NCBI GenBank assembly: GCA_037383845.1 | Contig: JARRON010000012.1 | Location: 752-64,751, forward strand | Length of the DNA: 64,000 nt | Direction: 5' to 3' | Source of the DNA: Gammaproteobacteria bacterium | Lineage (GTDB): Bacteria > Pseudomonadota > Gammaproteobacteria > Steroidobacterales > XN24 | Part shown: positions 36,536 to 46,122 of the stretch, piece after piece | How positions within the stretch are numbered: position 1 is the first letter of the stretch | Layout of the letters: each line of letters starts with the position of its first letter | Program-made: the position numbers and the translations under genes | The notes under the pieces: generated by a model | What the model was told of the DNA's origin: nothing | The model's input: only the letters and a program-made list of their open reading frames with translations | Databases searched by the model: none

Positions 36536-36760
36536 ATGCAGGTGGAAGACAAGGACACGACCGAACTCAGGGAGAGTTTTCTCTACAACGACCGCAACGG
36601 CGACGGCAAGCTGCAGTTCGACGAGTTCCGGTCGATGCTTCGGGACCTGGAGGCCGGCGTGAACGAGGCCGAGGCCCGGGTCGGCTTTGACATCATCGAT
36701 TCGGACAACGACGGCGCGATCGAGTTCGAGGAGTTCGTGGAGTGGTGGTCGGAGCGCTAG
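36536..36760 (+). CDS. small EF-hand calcium-binding protein (two EF loops)
   Basis: ATG at 36536, 5 nt after GAGGAGA. 74 aa with canonical loops DRNGDGKLQFDEF and DSDNDGAIEFEEF. Confidence 0.8.
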   Translation: MQVEDKDTTELRESFLYNDRNGDGKLQFDEFRSMLRDLEAGVNEAEARVGFDIIDSDNDGAIEFEEFVEWWSER

Positions 36761-36776
36761 CGCGGACCCGGCGGGG

Positions 36777-37095
36777 CTAGAGCTCGTCCTCGAACAGGTG
36801 GCCGATGGGCCGGCGGAAGCGCTCGATCACGTCCTCCGGAGATGCAAACCCGGCGGCCATCTCCGGCGTCACCCGGCGGCTGTAGTCGAGATCCTGTGCC
36901 ATGAAGTTCCGGCACAGCTGTTCTGCCAGCACCGGTTTCTCGAAGACCACTGCGGTCTCGCCGTTCAGGCGCTCGCTTCTCGGGTCCGGGTTGTTCGAGC
37001 CCACGGGCTGCGCCGGCCATCCACCGCCACGTTCCTGGGGGATTAGGAGGCGCGGTGGTGCACCCGGCGAGGAGCAAGACCGCGGGCAGGGGCAT
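36777..37095 (-). pseudogene. small lipoprotein gene apparently split by a +1 frameshift at a C5 run
   Basis: ATG at 37095 opens MPLPAVLLLAGC/TTAPPNP (lipobox LAGC) in one frame. After the C5 run (plus-strand GGGGG, 37037-37041), the protein-like sequence continues in the ORF 36777..37181 frame: QERGGGWPAQPVGSNNPDPRSERLNGETAVVFEKPVLAEQLCRNFMAQDLDY...HLFEDEL. Confidence 0.4.
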
Positions 37096-37308
37096 CCGGA
37101 CTGTTCGGAGTCCCGTAGCTGGCGTTGCACTGTATCGGCCTGCACAGGCGGCAGCACAGATCCGGCGAAACGGCCTGACATAACGGTGGCAGGGGCGCGG
37201 CTCCTTCATTCGCCTGCATGCGGTACGGCGGCTTGCTCTGCAACATGACCGGTGTATTGTCGGCGTCAGCCTTGTCGCCCGCCGGCGTCTTTTCGCTTTG
37301 TCCGAACG

Positions 37309-38721
37309 ATGGTTGCTGTCACATTCCGCCCGTTGAGTTTCATGCCTGCGGCCATGCTCGTGCTACTGGCACTTGTCGCCGCCGGCTGCGCGACCAGCAC
37401 GTACGTGGATGGCGAGACACTCGCCCAGGACATTCCGCTGGCCAGGGAACAGGCCCTTGAGGAGGACGGGATCCGGGCCACGGTGGAGGTGCCCACGGCC
37501 GCCAGCGCCGCCCGGGTGTTCGGTCTCCAGTTCGCTGAATACGGCATCCAGCCGATCCTTCTTCGCATCGAGAACAACTCCGACACGGATTACTGGCTGC
37601 TGCCAAACGCCATCGATCCGGATTATTTCTCGGCGGATGAAGCGGCCCTTGCCGTTGGCTCCGGCCTGCCAGCGGAGGAGTTGCACAACCTTCGACGCCT
37701 GCTGCGCGCGAACGCGCTGCCGTTCTTCCATCCCGCGGGAGGCAGTCGGCAGGGTTACGTCTACGCCTCCTATGCCCGCGGCGGTCGCTTCGTGGATGTT
37801 GTCCTTTCGGGCCACCGGTCCAGCGTCCGGTTAAGGTTCGCGGTGCTTTTGCCCACGGAGGGCTTCGACTACGAGTATTCGCAGCTGCGGGAGCGCTACG
37901 CGAAGCTGGAAGAACTCCCCGACCTGGACACCGACGAGCTCCGGGACAGGCTTGCCGCGCTTCCCTGCTGCGTAACCAACGAGGCGGGCGACGACACGGG
38001 GGATCCCCTGAACATCGTCATCATCGGGCATGCGCCGGAATTTGTATCGGCCCTGGTGGCCAGCGGCTGGCAGTTCACCGAGGCCATCACCGCAGACAGC
38101 ATCCGGCGCATGCTGGGCGCCGCGATCGCAGAGAAGGAATTCCTTACCGCGCCGGTCAGCGCGCTCTACCTGTTCGGACGCAGACAGGACGTGGCCATGC
38201 AGCGGGGCCGGTCCAACATCAACCAGCGCAACCACATGCGCCTGTGGCTGGCGCCCTTCCGGACGGAAGGCAGGCCTGTCTGGGTGGGCCAGGTGAGCCG
38301 GGACATTGGCGTCAAGTTCACCAGCAAGTCGGCGTCCCTGACCACTCACGTCATCGACCCGGTGGTGGACGAGTCCCGGGAGTACCTGCTGACCAGCCTC
38401 CTGCACGACCAGTCCGTAGAGCGATTTGCGTTCGTCCGTGGCGTGGGACGGGCGACGCCGGATGCGCCGAAGTTCAATCTCACCGACGACCCGTACTTCA
38501 CCGACGGGCTCCGCCTGGTGGTCTGGGTCTCCAGCGAGCCCGTCCCGCCGGGATTCGCGGACAACCTGGGCTGGAACGATTCCACTGATCCCGTGCTGGA
38601 GGGGCGAGGCCAGTACTCGGTCGTCCCTTACGAGCCGGACGACCCACCGGAGGCCGATACATCCGGCGAGCCTGACGCTCCCCGGGAGCCGCCGGGTCCG
38701 TCCACGGCGCCTTCCACGTAG
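37309..38721 (+). CDS. LssY C-terminal-domain lipoprotein
   Basis: ATG at 37309 (alternative 37342). Lipobox LALVAAGC. C-terminal half matches the LssY_C pattern: GDPLNIVIIGH..., PVSALYLFGRRQDVAMQR, NHMRLW, VWVGQVSRDIGV, THVIDPVVDESREYL. Pro/Asp/Glu-rich tail. Confidence 0.75.
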   Translation: MVAVTFRPLSFMPAAMLVLLALVAAGCATSTYVDGETLAQDIPLAREQALEEDGIRATVEVPTAASAARVFGLQFAEYGIQPILLRIENNSDTDYWLLPNAIDPDYFSADEAALAVGSGLPAEELHNLRRLLRANALPFFHPAGGSRQGYVYASYARGGRFVDVVLSGHRSSVRLRFAVLLPTEGFDYEYSQLRERYAKLEELPDLDTDELRDRLAALPCCVTNEAGDDTGDPLNIVIIGHAPEFVSALVASGWQFTEAITADSIRRMLGAAIAEKEFLTAPVSALYLFGRRQDVAMQRGRSNINQRNHMRLWLAPFRTEGRPVWVGQVSRDIGVKFTSKSASLTTHVIDPVVDESREYLLTSLLHDQSVERFAFVRGVGRATPDAPKFNLTDDPYFTDGLRLVVWVSSEPVPPGFADNLGWNDSTDPVLEGRGQYSVVPYEPDDPPEADTSGEPDAPREPPGPSTAPST

Positions 38722-39758
38722 CGAATAATCGCTTCCAGCAGCTGGGCCTGGGGATACTGGCGGTCATCCTGGCGCCCGGCGATGTAGGGGAGGGCGTTCT
38801 CTACCGTCAGGGTAAGTCCCCAGTGGTCGCTGTTGGCATAGCCAAGCAGGGTGGAGCCCGGCAGCATGGCCTTGCCGACGGTGACCTGGCCGTCGTTGCG
38901 CACGTCTTCGGCAGCGAGCAGGCGCCAGCCTGTCTTCAGGCCCCGGGCCATGCGGTCCCAGGTGGGAAACGCCGCCAGCGAGAAATAGCGGACGTGTTCC
39001 GGCGGCGGGTGGTCCGCGAGCCACCGGAGGCGGACTTCCGTGCGCATGCTGTCCACCATGCCGCCGTCGCCGGGATCGCAGCGGTCCGCGAAGGTGTTCG
39101 CAAGCAGGTGGTCGTGGATCCAGGCGCCCCGGTCCGCCAGGGAAGATCCGGTGATCGGACCGGACAGGCTGACCACTGCGGCGACCCGGGCTGCCAGCGC
39201 CGGCTCGTCGGCCAGCAGCTGCAGGATGTCCACCGCTCCCTTCGAATAGCCCATGACGGCCAGCCTGGCCGACGGCGCCAGCCCGGCGGCCCGGATGGCC
39301 CCGGCGATCTGGCGGGCATTGTGTTGCGTGCCCGAGCGGCCGCTGACCAGGACGGTCTCCACGGACCTGCCCTGCATCGCCAGGCGCCGGATCCCCTCCC
39401 GGAACGGCAGCGAATCTTCGCCGAAGCAGTCCCCCAGGGCGCCGGTCACGATGAACCAGCGCAATCTGCCCGGAGCTGACGCCAGCTCGATCTGCGCCGG
39501 TGCCGGCGGTTCATCGGCCAGTCGCCACAGCCATTCGGTGCAGTCGGGGTCGTCCGCCGCGGCGACGCCGTCCCGACGGGCGATGTCGCAGAACAGTCTC
39601 CGGAACTCCGCCCGTCCGTCTCGCGGGACGCCTGGCTCCCTCGCCGCCGGGAGGATCGCGGTGGTGGACTCCAGCGCCTCCCTCCCGGGCATGGTGGTGC
39701 AGCCGCTGGCGAAGGCCGCCAGCAGTACCAGGGCAGCAACCGCCGCGGTCTTATTCAT
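38628..39758 (-). CDS. alpha/beta-hydrolase (lipase-like) lipoprotein
   Basis: ATG at 39758 inside ORF 38628..39953. Lipobox AAFASGC. Nucleophile elbow GYSKG, later NDGQV and SDHWG. Gly/Ser-rich tail overlaps the LssY-like gene tail by 94 nt. Confidence 0.7.
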   Translation of the reverse strand: MNKTAAVAALVLLAAFASGCTTMPGREALESTTAILPAAREPGVPRDGRAEFRRLFCDIARRDGVAAADDPDCTEWLWRLADEPPAPAQIELASAPGRLRWFIVTGALGDCFGEDSLPFREGIRRLAMQGRSVETVLVSGRSGTQHNARQIAGAIRAAGLAPSARLAVMGYSKGAVDILQLLADEPALAARVAAVVSLSGPITGSSLADRGAWIHDHLLANTFADRCDPGDGGMVDSMRTEVRLRWLADHPPPEHVRYFSLAAFPTWDRMARGLKTGWRLLAAEDVRNDGQVTVGKAMLPGSTLLGYANSDHWGLTLTVENALPYIAGRQDDRQYPQAQLLEAIIRYVEGAVDGPGGSRGASGSPDVSASGGSSGS

Positions 39759-40497
39759 GGATGAAGTGGCCGTCCCGCAGGAAAGCGATGGTCTGTTTCG
39801 CCACGTCGTCGTCATAGCGCATGAAGGAGTGGCTGACGTCGATGGCCACGAAATCGGCCATTCCGGGCACCTTGGTGGACTCGACCGGCACGAGACCGTC
39901 GTCCGCCTCGGGTATGAAGTCCAGGCCGAAGGGGCCCACCCAGAAACCGGCAATCACCCCCACCGGATAGTCCGGTTCGGGCAGCATGTTCGGGAAGCTC
40001 TCCGGGCCGGTGCCCAGCGCGTTGGCCGCCGGGCCGGCGAGGCCCATCCACCAGGTATCCTGGTAGTCGTCCACGATAGGGGTGCCGCTGTTGGGAGAAC
40101 CGATCAGGACCACCCGGCCGCGGTTAGGGATATGGCTTTCCACCAGGTAGGCGCGGATGGCCAGCCCGCCCATGGAGTGCCCCACGAAATGCACGGGCCC
40201 GGGCCGGTCGCGGCAGCATGCATCGATCTGGGCCGCCACCTGCCGGACGATCTCTCCGGTCGTGGCTGTTAAGGAATCATAGTCGGCACGGAAGACGTCG
40301 AAACCGGCGTCTTCGAGGCGACGGGCCAGCAGCCACATGGACGACTTGCCGCGCCAGAGGCCATGGACCAGCACGACCGTTTCCCGGGCTGAGGCTGTTG
40401 GGTCCGCGGTCTCCGGCGCCCGGCTCCCGGTGGCACACGCCGTCAGCAACAGCGCCGCCGCGACAGCAGTGAGGCAGGTCAGTTGAAGAGGGTTCAC
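39751..40497 (-). CDS. alpha/beta-hydrolase (esterase/lipase) lipoprotein
   Basis: 248 aa, GTG start. Lipobox LLLTAC. Motifs: VVLVHGLWR, GHSMGG, DDGLVPV, DVSHSFM. Its stop overlaps the next hydrolase start by 8 nt (ATGAATAA). Confidence 0.85.
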   Translation of the reverse strand: MNPLQLTCLTAVAAALLLTACATGSRAPETADPTASARETVVLVHGLWRGKSSMWLLARRLEDAGFDVFRADYDSLTATTGEIVRQVAAQIDACCRDRPGPVHFVGHSMGGLAIRAYLVESHIPNRGRVVLIGSPNSGTPIVDDYQDTWWMGLAGPAANALGTGPESFPNMLPEPDYPVGVIAGFWVGPFGLDFIPEADDGLVPVESTKVPGMADFVAIDVSHSFMRYDDDVAKQTIAFLRDGHFIHE

Positions 40498-40616
40498 TTT
40501 GGGGGCCGTGCCCGTCGGTCTGCAGCCACCCGGCCATCATAGAGTATCCACGGCCGGTGGCGGGCCTTCCGCCGGTCGCGGAATCCTCCCGTTGCCGGCG
40601 GCCGAACACGATCTGC

Positions 40617-41105
40617 ATGGACACATCACCTGCCATCCGCCACCGGCGACTGGGCCGGGGCGAGTACCTTCTGGAGACCGAGACGTTCTTCGCCCTGGCA
40701 GTGGAAGATGTGTTCCCTTTCTTCACCGACGTTGAGAACCTGCAGCGGATTACGCCGCCCGAGCTGGCCTTCGAGATCGTCACGCCACGGCCGGTCCGTA
40801 TCGCCGAGGGTGCGCTGGTGGACTATCGCCTGCGGCTGTTCGGCGTGCCCTTCCGGTGGCGTTCGCGAATCTCCGTCTGGGAGCCGCCGTCCCGATTCGT
40901 CGACGAGCAGGTCGCCGGTCCCTATGGCAGGTGGGTTCACCTCCATCTTTTCGAGGCCGCAGATGGTGGCACTCGGATGACTGACCGGGTGGAGTACCGG
41001 CTCCCCGGCCACCCCTTCGCCGGGCCGGTGCTGCCGCTGGTGCGCCGGCAGCTGGACAGGATTTTCCGCTTCCGCGCCCGGACCATCCGAAACCTGGTGG
41101 GGTAG
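40617..41105 (+). CDS. SRPBCC (START/cyclase-like) superfamily protein
   Basis: ATG at 40617. Motifs: VFPFFTDVENLQRITPPELAFEIV, YRLRLFGVPFRWRSRISVWEPPSRFVDEQVAGPYGRWVHLHLF. Confidence 0.75.
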   Translation: MDTSPAIRHRRLGRGEYLLETETFFALAVEDVFPFFTDVENLQRITPPELAFEIVTPRPVRIAEGALVDYRLRLFGVPFRWRSRISVWEPPSRFVDEQVAGPYGRWVHLHLFEAADGGTRMTDRVEYRLPGHPFAGPVLPLVRRQLDRIFRFRARTIRNLVG

Positions 41106-41238
41106 CCGACTGGCCTCAGCCGCGCCGGCCCCGGGGCCTCTGGCGGGCGGTTGTCACTCCGGGGCCGGCCGGGGTTGCCCTGCCCGGCCCGCCGACGTCC
41201 CGTGCTATCGTGACCGCGGGACCAGGAGGGGGGCGGCA

Positions 41239-41685
41239 ATGGATCGACTGGACAGCCCGCGGCGTCGGGCGCCCTGGCACCTGTGGGTGGTGGGCATCTT
41301 CGCCCTGCTGTGGAGCTGCGGCGGGGCAGTGGACTACTACTTCACCCAGACCGAGAACGAGGCGTACCTCAGCAATTTCACCGAGGCGCAGCTGGATTTC
41401 TTCCTGAGTATCCCGGCGTGGGTCGTGGCGTTCTGGGCCATTGCGGTGTGGGGCGGCGTACTCGGGGCCATCCTGCTCCTGGCAAAGCGGAAGGCGGCGG
41501 TCTGGGTATTCCTGGCCTCCCTGGTGGGCCTGATCATCACCGCCTTCCACAATTACGTGCTGGCGGACGGCCTGTCGGTCATGGGGGATGCCTTCTCCCT
41601 TGGCTTCACCGCGGCGATCTTTCTGCTTTCCCTGGGATTCTTCTTCTACGCCCGCGCGATGGCGCGGCGAGGGGTGCTGGTGTAG
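41239..41685 (+). CDS. hypothetical four-helix inner-membrane protein
   Basis: 148 aa with four clear hydrophobic segments. No motif recognised. Confidence 0.55.
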   Translation: MDRLDSPRRRAPWHLWVVGIFALLWSCGGAVDYYFTQTENEAYLSNFTEAQLDFFLSIPAWVVAFWAIAVWGGVLGAILLLAKRKAAVWVFLASLVGLIITAFHNYVLADGLSVMGDAFSLGFTAAIFLLSLGFFFYARAMARRGVLV

Positions 41686-41703
41686 CCCGCGCCTGCGGGG
41701 GCC

Positions 41704-42699
41704 TCACTCGGCAGACCAGATCCGGCGCCAGACGGTTTCCAGCGCCCGCCGGGTGTCGATGTTGTCGGGCAGCAGCCGGGTTTCCATCTCCTGCCAGTGG
41801 GGGTTTCCCTTCCTGGCCACCGCGTACCTGAACACGTAGTAGGGCTCCTGGCCCATGCGCAGGTCGGCGATGAACAGCGTTTCATCCTCGACCCTGGCCC
41901 GGAGGAAGTCACGGGCGAACCAGCGCAGGCGCCGGACCGCCCACACGGTGCTGGCTTCCTCCAGGGCCTGTACATCGGAGGTGTATTGCCTGAAGCGGAT
42001 CGGGCCGTCGTCCGCCACCAGGGAATCCAGGCCCTCCAGGTAGCCGTCAGGGGTCATCACTACCACCCTCCACAGCAGGGTGTTAAAGGGCGTGGGCACC
42101 AGGAAAACCGGCGCGTTCTCCAGGCCTCTTTGCGCGAGCGCCGTGCGGGCATTGCCCTCCACCGCTGACCTGGCCGCCCATGACCAGCCGATGTAGCCGC
42201 TGCTGATCAACAGTCCTGCCATCAGCCAGGCCCCCGCCCGCGGCGCCCTCGGCTTCCCCAGCGCAACAAGCCCGCCGATCACCAGGGGCAGGGTGTACAG
42301 CGGGTCGATGATGAACAGGGTGGACCAGGACACCGGCGGAGAACCCAGTGGCCACCACAGCTGGGTGCCGTAGGCAGTGTGGGCATCCAGCAGCGGGTGG
42401 GTCACCAGCGCCACGAATATGGCCGCGAACCACCGGCCGGGAGCCGCCCGCACCGGCGCCCACCATCGCCGCAGGAGCAGCCACAGCACGACGGCAAAGG
42501 GCGCCAGGACGAACAGGGAGTGGCTGAAGCCCCGGTGGTAGGTGTAATTCTCCACCGCACCCCCGAAATCGATGAAGACGTCCAGGTCGGGCAGGGTGCC
42601 CAGGGCGGCCCCCAGCGCCATGGCCCTGCGTCGGTGACCCGCCGGAACGAAGGCGCCGGCAATGGTGGCGCCGAGGGCAATCTGGGTCACGGAGTCCAT
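41704..42699 (-). CDS. membrane-bound metal-dependent hydrolase (YdjM/YbcI, DUF457-type) with C-terminal extension
   Basis: 331 aa. Motifs: MDSVTQIALGA, LPDLDVF, HRGFSHSLF, THPLLDAHTAYGTQLWWP. Confidence 0.8.
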   Translation of the reverse strand: MDSVTQIALGATIAGAFVPAGHRRRAMALGAALGTLPDLDVFIDFGGAVENYTYHRGFSHSLFVLAPFAVVLWLLLRRWWAPVRAAPGRWFAAIFVALVTHPLLDAHTAYGTQLWWPLGSPPVSWSTLFIIDPLYTLPLVIGGLVALGKPRAPRAGAWLMAGLLISSGYIGWSWAARSAVEGNARTALAQRGLENAPVFLVPTPFNTLLWRVVVMTPDGYLEGLDSLVADDGPIRFRQYTSDVQALEEASTVWAVRRLRWFARDFLRARVEDETLFIADLRMGQEPYYVFRYAVARKGNPHWQEMETRLLPDNIDTRRALETVWRRIWSAE

Positions 42700-43026
42700 G
42701 CGGTCAGGCTACTCCAGGAGGCGCGATGGCGGAATGAGCGCGTCGTTCCCCGCGGCAGGGCGACGGGCTCCATGCTTGGCTGACCCGCGGGCACGTCGTG
42801 CAAGCCCCTTCCCCCGTCGCCGCCCCAGTGGCTCCGCGTCGGGGGGCGTCCAGGACCAGCGGATCAGACAGGCCCTGCAGAACTTTCGTCCCGGCCGGCC
42901 GAACGGATTGGGACTGGCTGTACGCGACCGCTGCGATGCCTCCGGGGACTACCCGTAACACCACTGTCACACGGCCCGGCCCGCGGGTTGGCTAATATTC
43001 CGGGGATAGCGCGCAAGGAGACAGCC

Positions 43027-45390
43027 GTGGCGAAAAAACTCTCTGACAAGGAACTGGCCGGGATCGACGCCTACTGGCGGGCATGTAACTACCTGGCCGC
43101 GGGGATGATCTACCTGCGGGAAAATCCCCTGCTGCGGGAGCCCCTTGCGGCGGAGCACATCAAGGAGCGCCTGCTGGGCCACTGGGGCTCCAGTCCAGGC
43201 CTGGCCTTCACCTACGTGCATATGAACCGGCTCATCAACAAATACGACCTGAACGCCATTTTCCTGGCGGGGCCCGGCCACGGCGCGCCGGGCGTGCTGG
43301 CGCCGGTGTACCTGGAGGGCACCTACTCGGAGATCTACCCGGAGAAGGGCGAGGACACCGAGGGCCTGCGGCGTTTCTTCAAGTCCTTCTCCTTCCCCGG
43401 CGGGATCGGCAGCCACTGTACGCCCGAGACCCCGGGCTCCATCCACGAGGGCGGCGAGCTGGGTTACTCCATCTCCCACGCGTTCGGCGCGGCCTACGAC
43501 AACCCGGACCTCATTGCCACGGTGGTGGTGGGCGACGGCGAGGCGGAAACCGGTCCCCTGGCGACCTCCTGGCACTCGAACAAGTTTCTCAATCCCGTCC
43601 GGGACGGTGCCGTGCTGCCGGTGCTGCACCTCAACGGCTACAAGATCAACAACCCGACCGTGCTGGCCCGGATCAGCCACGACGAGCTGAAGAGGCTCCT
43701 GGAAGGCTACGGCTGGAAGCCCCGCTTCGTCGAGGGCAGCGATCCCATGGAGATGCACCGGCGCATGGCCGGGGCCATGGAAGACTGCGTGCGGGAAATC
43801 CGTCGCCTGCAGGTCGCGGCCCGGGAGGCCGGGGAACCGTCCCGCCCGCGCTGGCCCATGATCGTGCTTCGTTCCCCCAAGGGCTGGACCGGCCCGGAGG
43901 AGGTCAACGGCCACCGTGTCGAGGGCTTCTGGCGGGCTCACCAGGTACCCATCACCGGCGTGCGCGGCAACCCGGAAGCGTTGCAGCAGCTGGAGGCCTG
44001 GCTCAGGAGCTACCGGCCCCATGAGCTCTTCGACGACACCGGGGCCCTGGTGCCGGAGCTGAAGGCGCTGGCACCCAGGGGGAACCGGCGGATGAGCGCC
44101 AACCCCCATGCCAACGGCGGCCTTCTGCGGAAGGCACTGCGGATGCCCGATTTCCGGGAGTACGCCGCGGAAGTGCCGGAGCCCGGCCGCGTGACCGAGG
44201 AGAACACCCGGCCCCTGGGCCGTTTCCTGCGGGACGTGATGCGGCGGAACATGCGCAACTTCCGGGTGTTCGGCCCGGACGAGAACACCTCCAACAAGCT
44301 GGACGCCATCTACGAGGTCAGCGGAAAGACCTGGATGGCGGAGATCCTCCCGGAGGACGCCGACGGCAGCCAGCTGTCGCCGGACGGCCGGGTCATGGAG
44401 ATGCTTTCGGAGCACACCCTGGAGGGCTGGCTGGAGGGTTACCTGCTCACCGGGAGGCACGGCTTCTTCTCCACCTACGAGGCCTTCGTCCACGTCATCG
44501 ATTCCATGTTCAACCAGCACGCCAAGTGGCTGCACATGTCGGGGGACATCCCCTGGCGGGCACCGGTGTCGTCGCTGAACCTGCTGATCACCTCCACGGT
44601 CTGGCGCCAGGACCACAACGGCTTCACCCACCAGGACCCGGGCTTCCTGGACGTGGTGCTCAACAAGAGTTCCGACGTCACCCGCATCTACCTGCCGCCG
44701 GACGTGAATTCCCTGCTTTGCGTAGCAGACCACTGCCTGCGCAGCACCGATTACGTCAACGTCATCGTCGCCGACAAGCAGAAGCACCTGCAGTACCTCG
44801 ACATGGACGGGGCCATCAAGCACTGCACGAAGGGCATCGGCATCTGGGACTGGGCCAGCACGGACGAAGGCAGCGAGCCGGACGTGGTGATGGCCTGCGC
44901 CGGCGACATCCCCACGAAGGAGGCCCTGGCCGCCACGGTGCTGCTGCGGGAGAGATTCCCCGAGCTGAAGATCCGCTTCGTCAACGTGGTGGATCTTTAC
45001 CGTCTCACGCCGCCCTCCGAGCATCCCCACGGACTATCAGACCGGGATTTCGACAGCCTGTTCACCCTGGACAAGCCCATCATCTTCAACTTCCACGGCT
45101 ACCCCTGGCTCATACACCGGCTGACCTACCGGCGCGCCAATCACGGCAATCTCCACGTACGGGGCTACAAGGAAAAGGGCAGCATCAATACGCCCCTGGA
45201 ACTGGCTATACAGAACGAGATCGACCGCTTCTCCCTGGCCATAGACGTCATCGACCGGATTCCGCAGCTGCAGGTCGCCGGCGCCCATGCCAAGGAGGAA
45301 CTCAGGGATATGCAGATCGAGTGCCGCCAGTACGCCTATCAGCACGGGGTCGACCTTCCGGAGGCAGACGCGTGGACCTGGCCGTTCTGA
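43027..45390 (+). CDS. xfp: xylulose-5-phosphate/fructose-6-phosphate phosphoketolase
   Basis: GTG at 43027, 6 nt after AAGGAG (the ORF opens at 42988). Motifs: [57 protein letters not shown]. Confidence 0.93.
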   Translation: MAKKLSDKELAGIDAYWRACNYLAAGMIYLRENPLLREPLAAEHIKERLLGHWGSSPGLAFTYVHMNRLINKYDLNAIFLAGPGHGAPGVLAPVYLEGTYSEIYPEKGEDTEGLRRFFKSFSFPGGIGSHCTPETPGSIHEGGELGYSISHAFGAAYDNPDLIATVVVGDGEAETGPLATSWHSNKFLNPVRDGAVLPVLHLNGYKINNPTVLARISHDELKRLLEGYGWKPRFVEGSDPMEMHRRMAGAMEDCVREIRRLQVAAREAGEPSRPRWPMIVLRSPKGWTGPEEVNGHRVEGFWRAHQVPITGVRGNPEALQQLEAWLRSYRPHELFDDTGALVPELKALAPRGNRRMSANPHANGGLLRKALRMPDFREYAAEVPEPGRVTEENTRPLGRFLRDVMRRNMRNFRVFGPDENTSNKLDAIYEVSGKTWMAEILPEDADGSQLSPDGRVMEMLSEHTLEGWLEGYLLTGRHGFFSTYEAFVHVIDSMFNQHAKWLHMSGDIPWRAPVSSLNLLITSTVWRQDHNGFTHQDPGFLDVVLNKSSDVTRIYLPPDVNSLLCVADHCLRSTDYVNVIVADKQKHLQYLDMDGAIKHCTKGIGIWDWASTDEGSEPDVVMACAGDIPTKEALAATVLLRERFPELKIRFVNVVDLYRLTPPSEHPHGLSDRDFDSLFTLDKPIIFNFHGYPWLIHRLTYRRANHGNLHVRGYKEKGSINTPLELAIQNEIDRFSLAIDVIDRIPQLQVAGAHAKEELRDMQIECRQYAYQHGVDLPEADAWTWPF

Positions 45391-45567
45391 CGGGTCGTGG
45401 TGGCGGATGCACTCCGCCCGACGGAACCGGGGCGCTCTACCGTCCCCGTCCCGGCACCCCGGGCAGCGCCCGGACCGTGACCTATAATCACTCGGAGCCA
45501 GGCGTCCGGTGGTCGGATGCACTGCGGAACAAGAACGGCTAACCACGTAATTCGGGGAGAACACGCT

Positions 45568-45972
45568 ATGCGGTGGATCACCATGACGCTCCTGGCCGGC
45601 GCACTGCTGTCAGGCAGCCAGGCGTTCGCGCAGGAATCGCTGATGGACTATGTCCTGGATGCGTGTAAGGCGGATATGGAGGCGTATTGCAGCCAGGTGA
45701 CGCCCGGCGAGGGCCGTCTGCTGTATTGCGCCGCTGCGCACGAGGACAAGCTGTCCGGCGAGTGCAGCTATGCGCTGTACCAGGCTTCGTCATTGCTCGA
45801 GCAGATGGCGGCCGCCATTGTCTATGTGGCCACGGAGTGCAAGACGGACATCGAAACGCTGTGTGGTGACGTCAAGGCGGGCGAAGGAAGAATACTCACC
45901 TGCCTGAAGGACCGGCAGCCGAAGGTCAGCGAGGGCTGCAGGACAGCCCTGGAGAGCACCGTCAGCGAATAA
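45568..45972 (+). CDS. secreted cysteine-rich repeat protein
   Basis: ATG at 45568, 7 nt after GGGGAGA. Signal peptide ..SQAFA/QE. Two copies of the unit C..D.E.(Y/L)C..V..GEGR(L/I)L.C......K(L/V)S..C. Confidence 0.75.
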   Translation: MRWITMTLLAGALLSGSQAFAQESLMDYVLDACKADMEAYCSQVTPGEGRLLYCAAAHEDKLSGECSYALYQASSLLEQMAAAIVYVATECKTDIETLCGDVKAGEGRILTCLKDRQPKVSEGCRTALESTVSE

Positions 45973-46122
45973 ACGCGGCCCGCGCGGGCGGGGCGCCGTC
46001 GTCCTCCCTCGGTATTCTCGCCCTCCGCCGCATGCGGCGGAGGGCGCTGCGAATCTGCGCGGCGGCGCGGGGAGACCATGAGCGCCGGCTGCGCCGGCGG
46101 GTTTCGGCCTGCCTGCGTGCGG

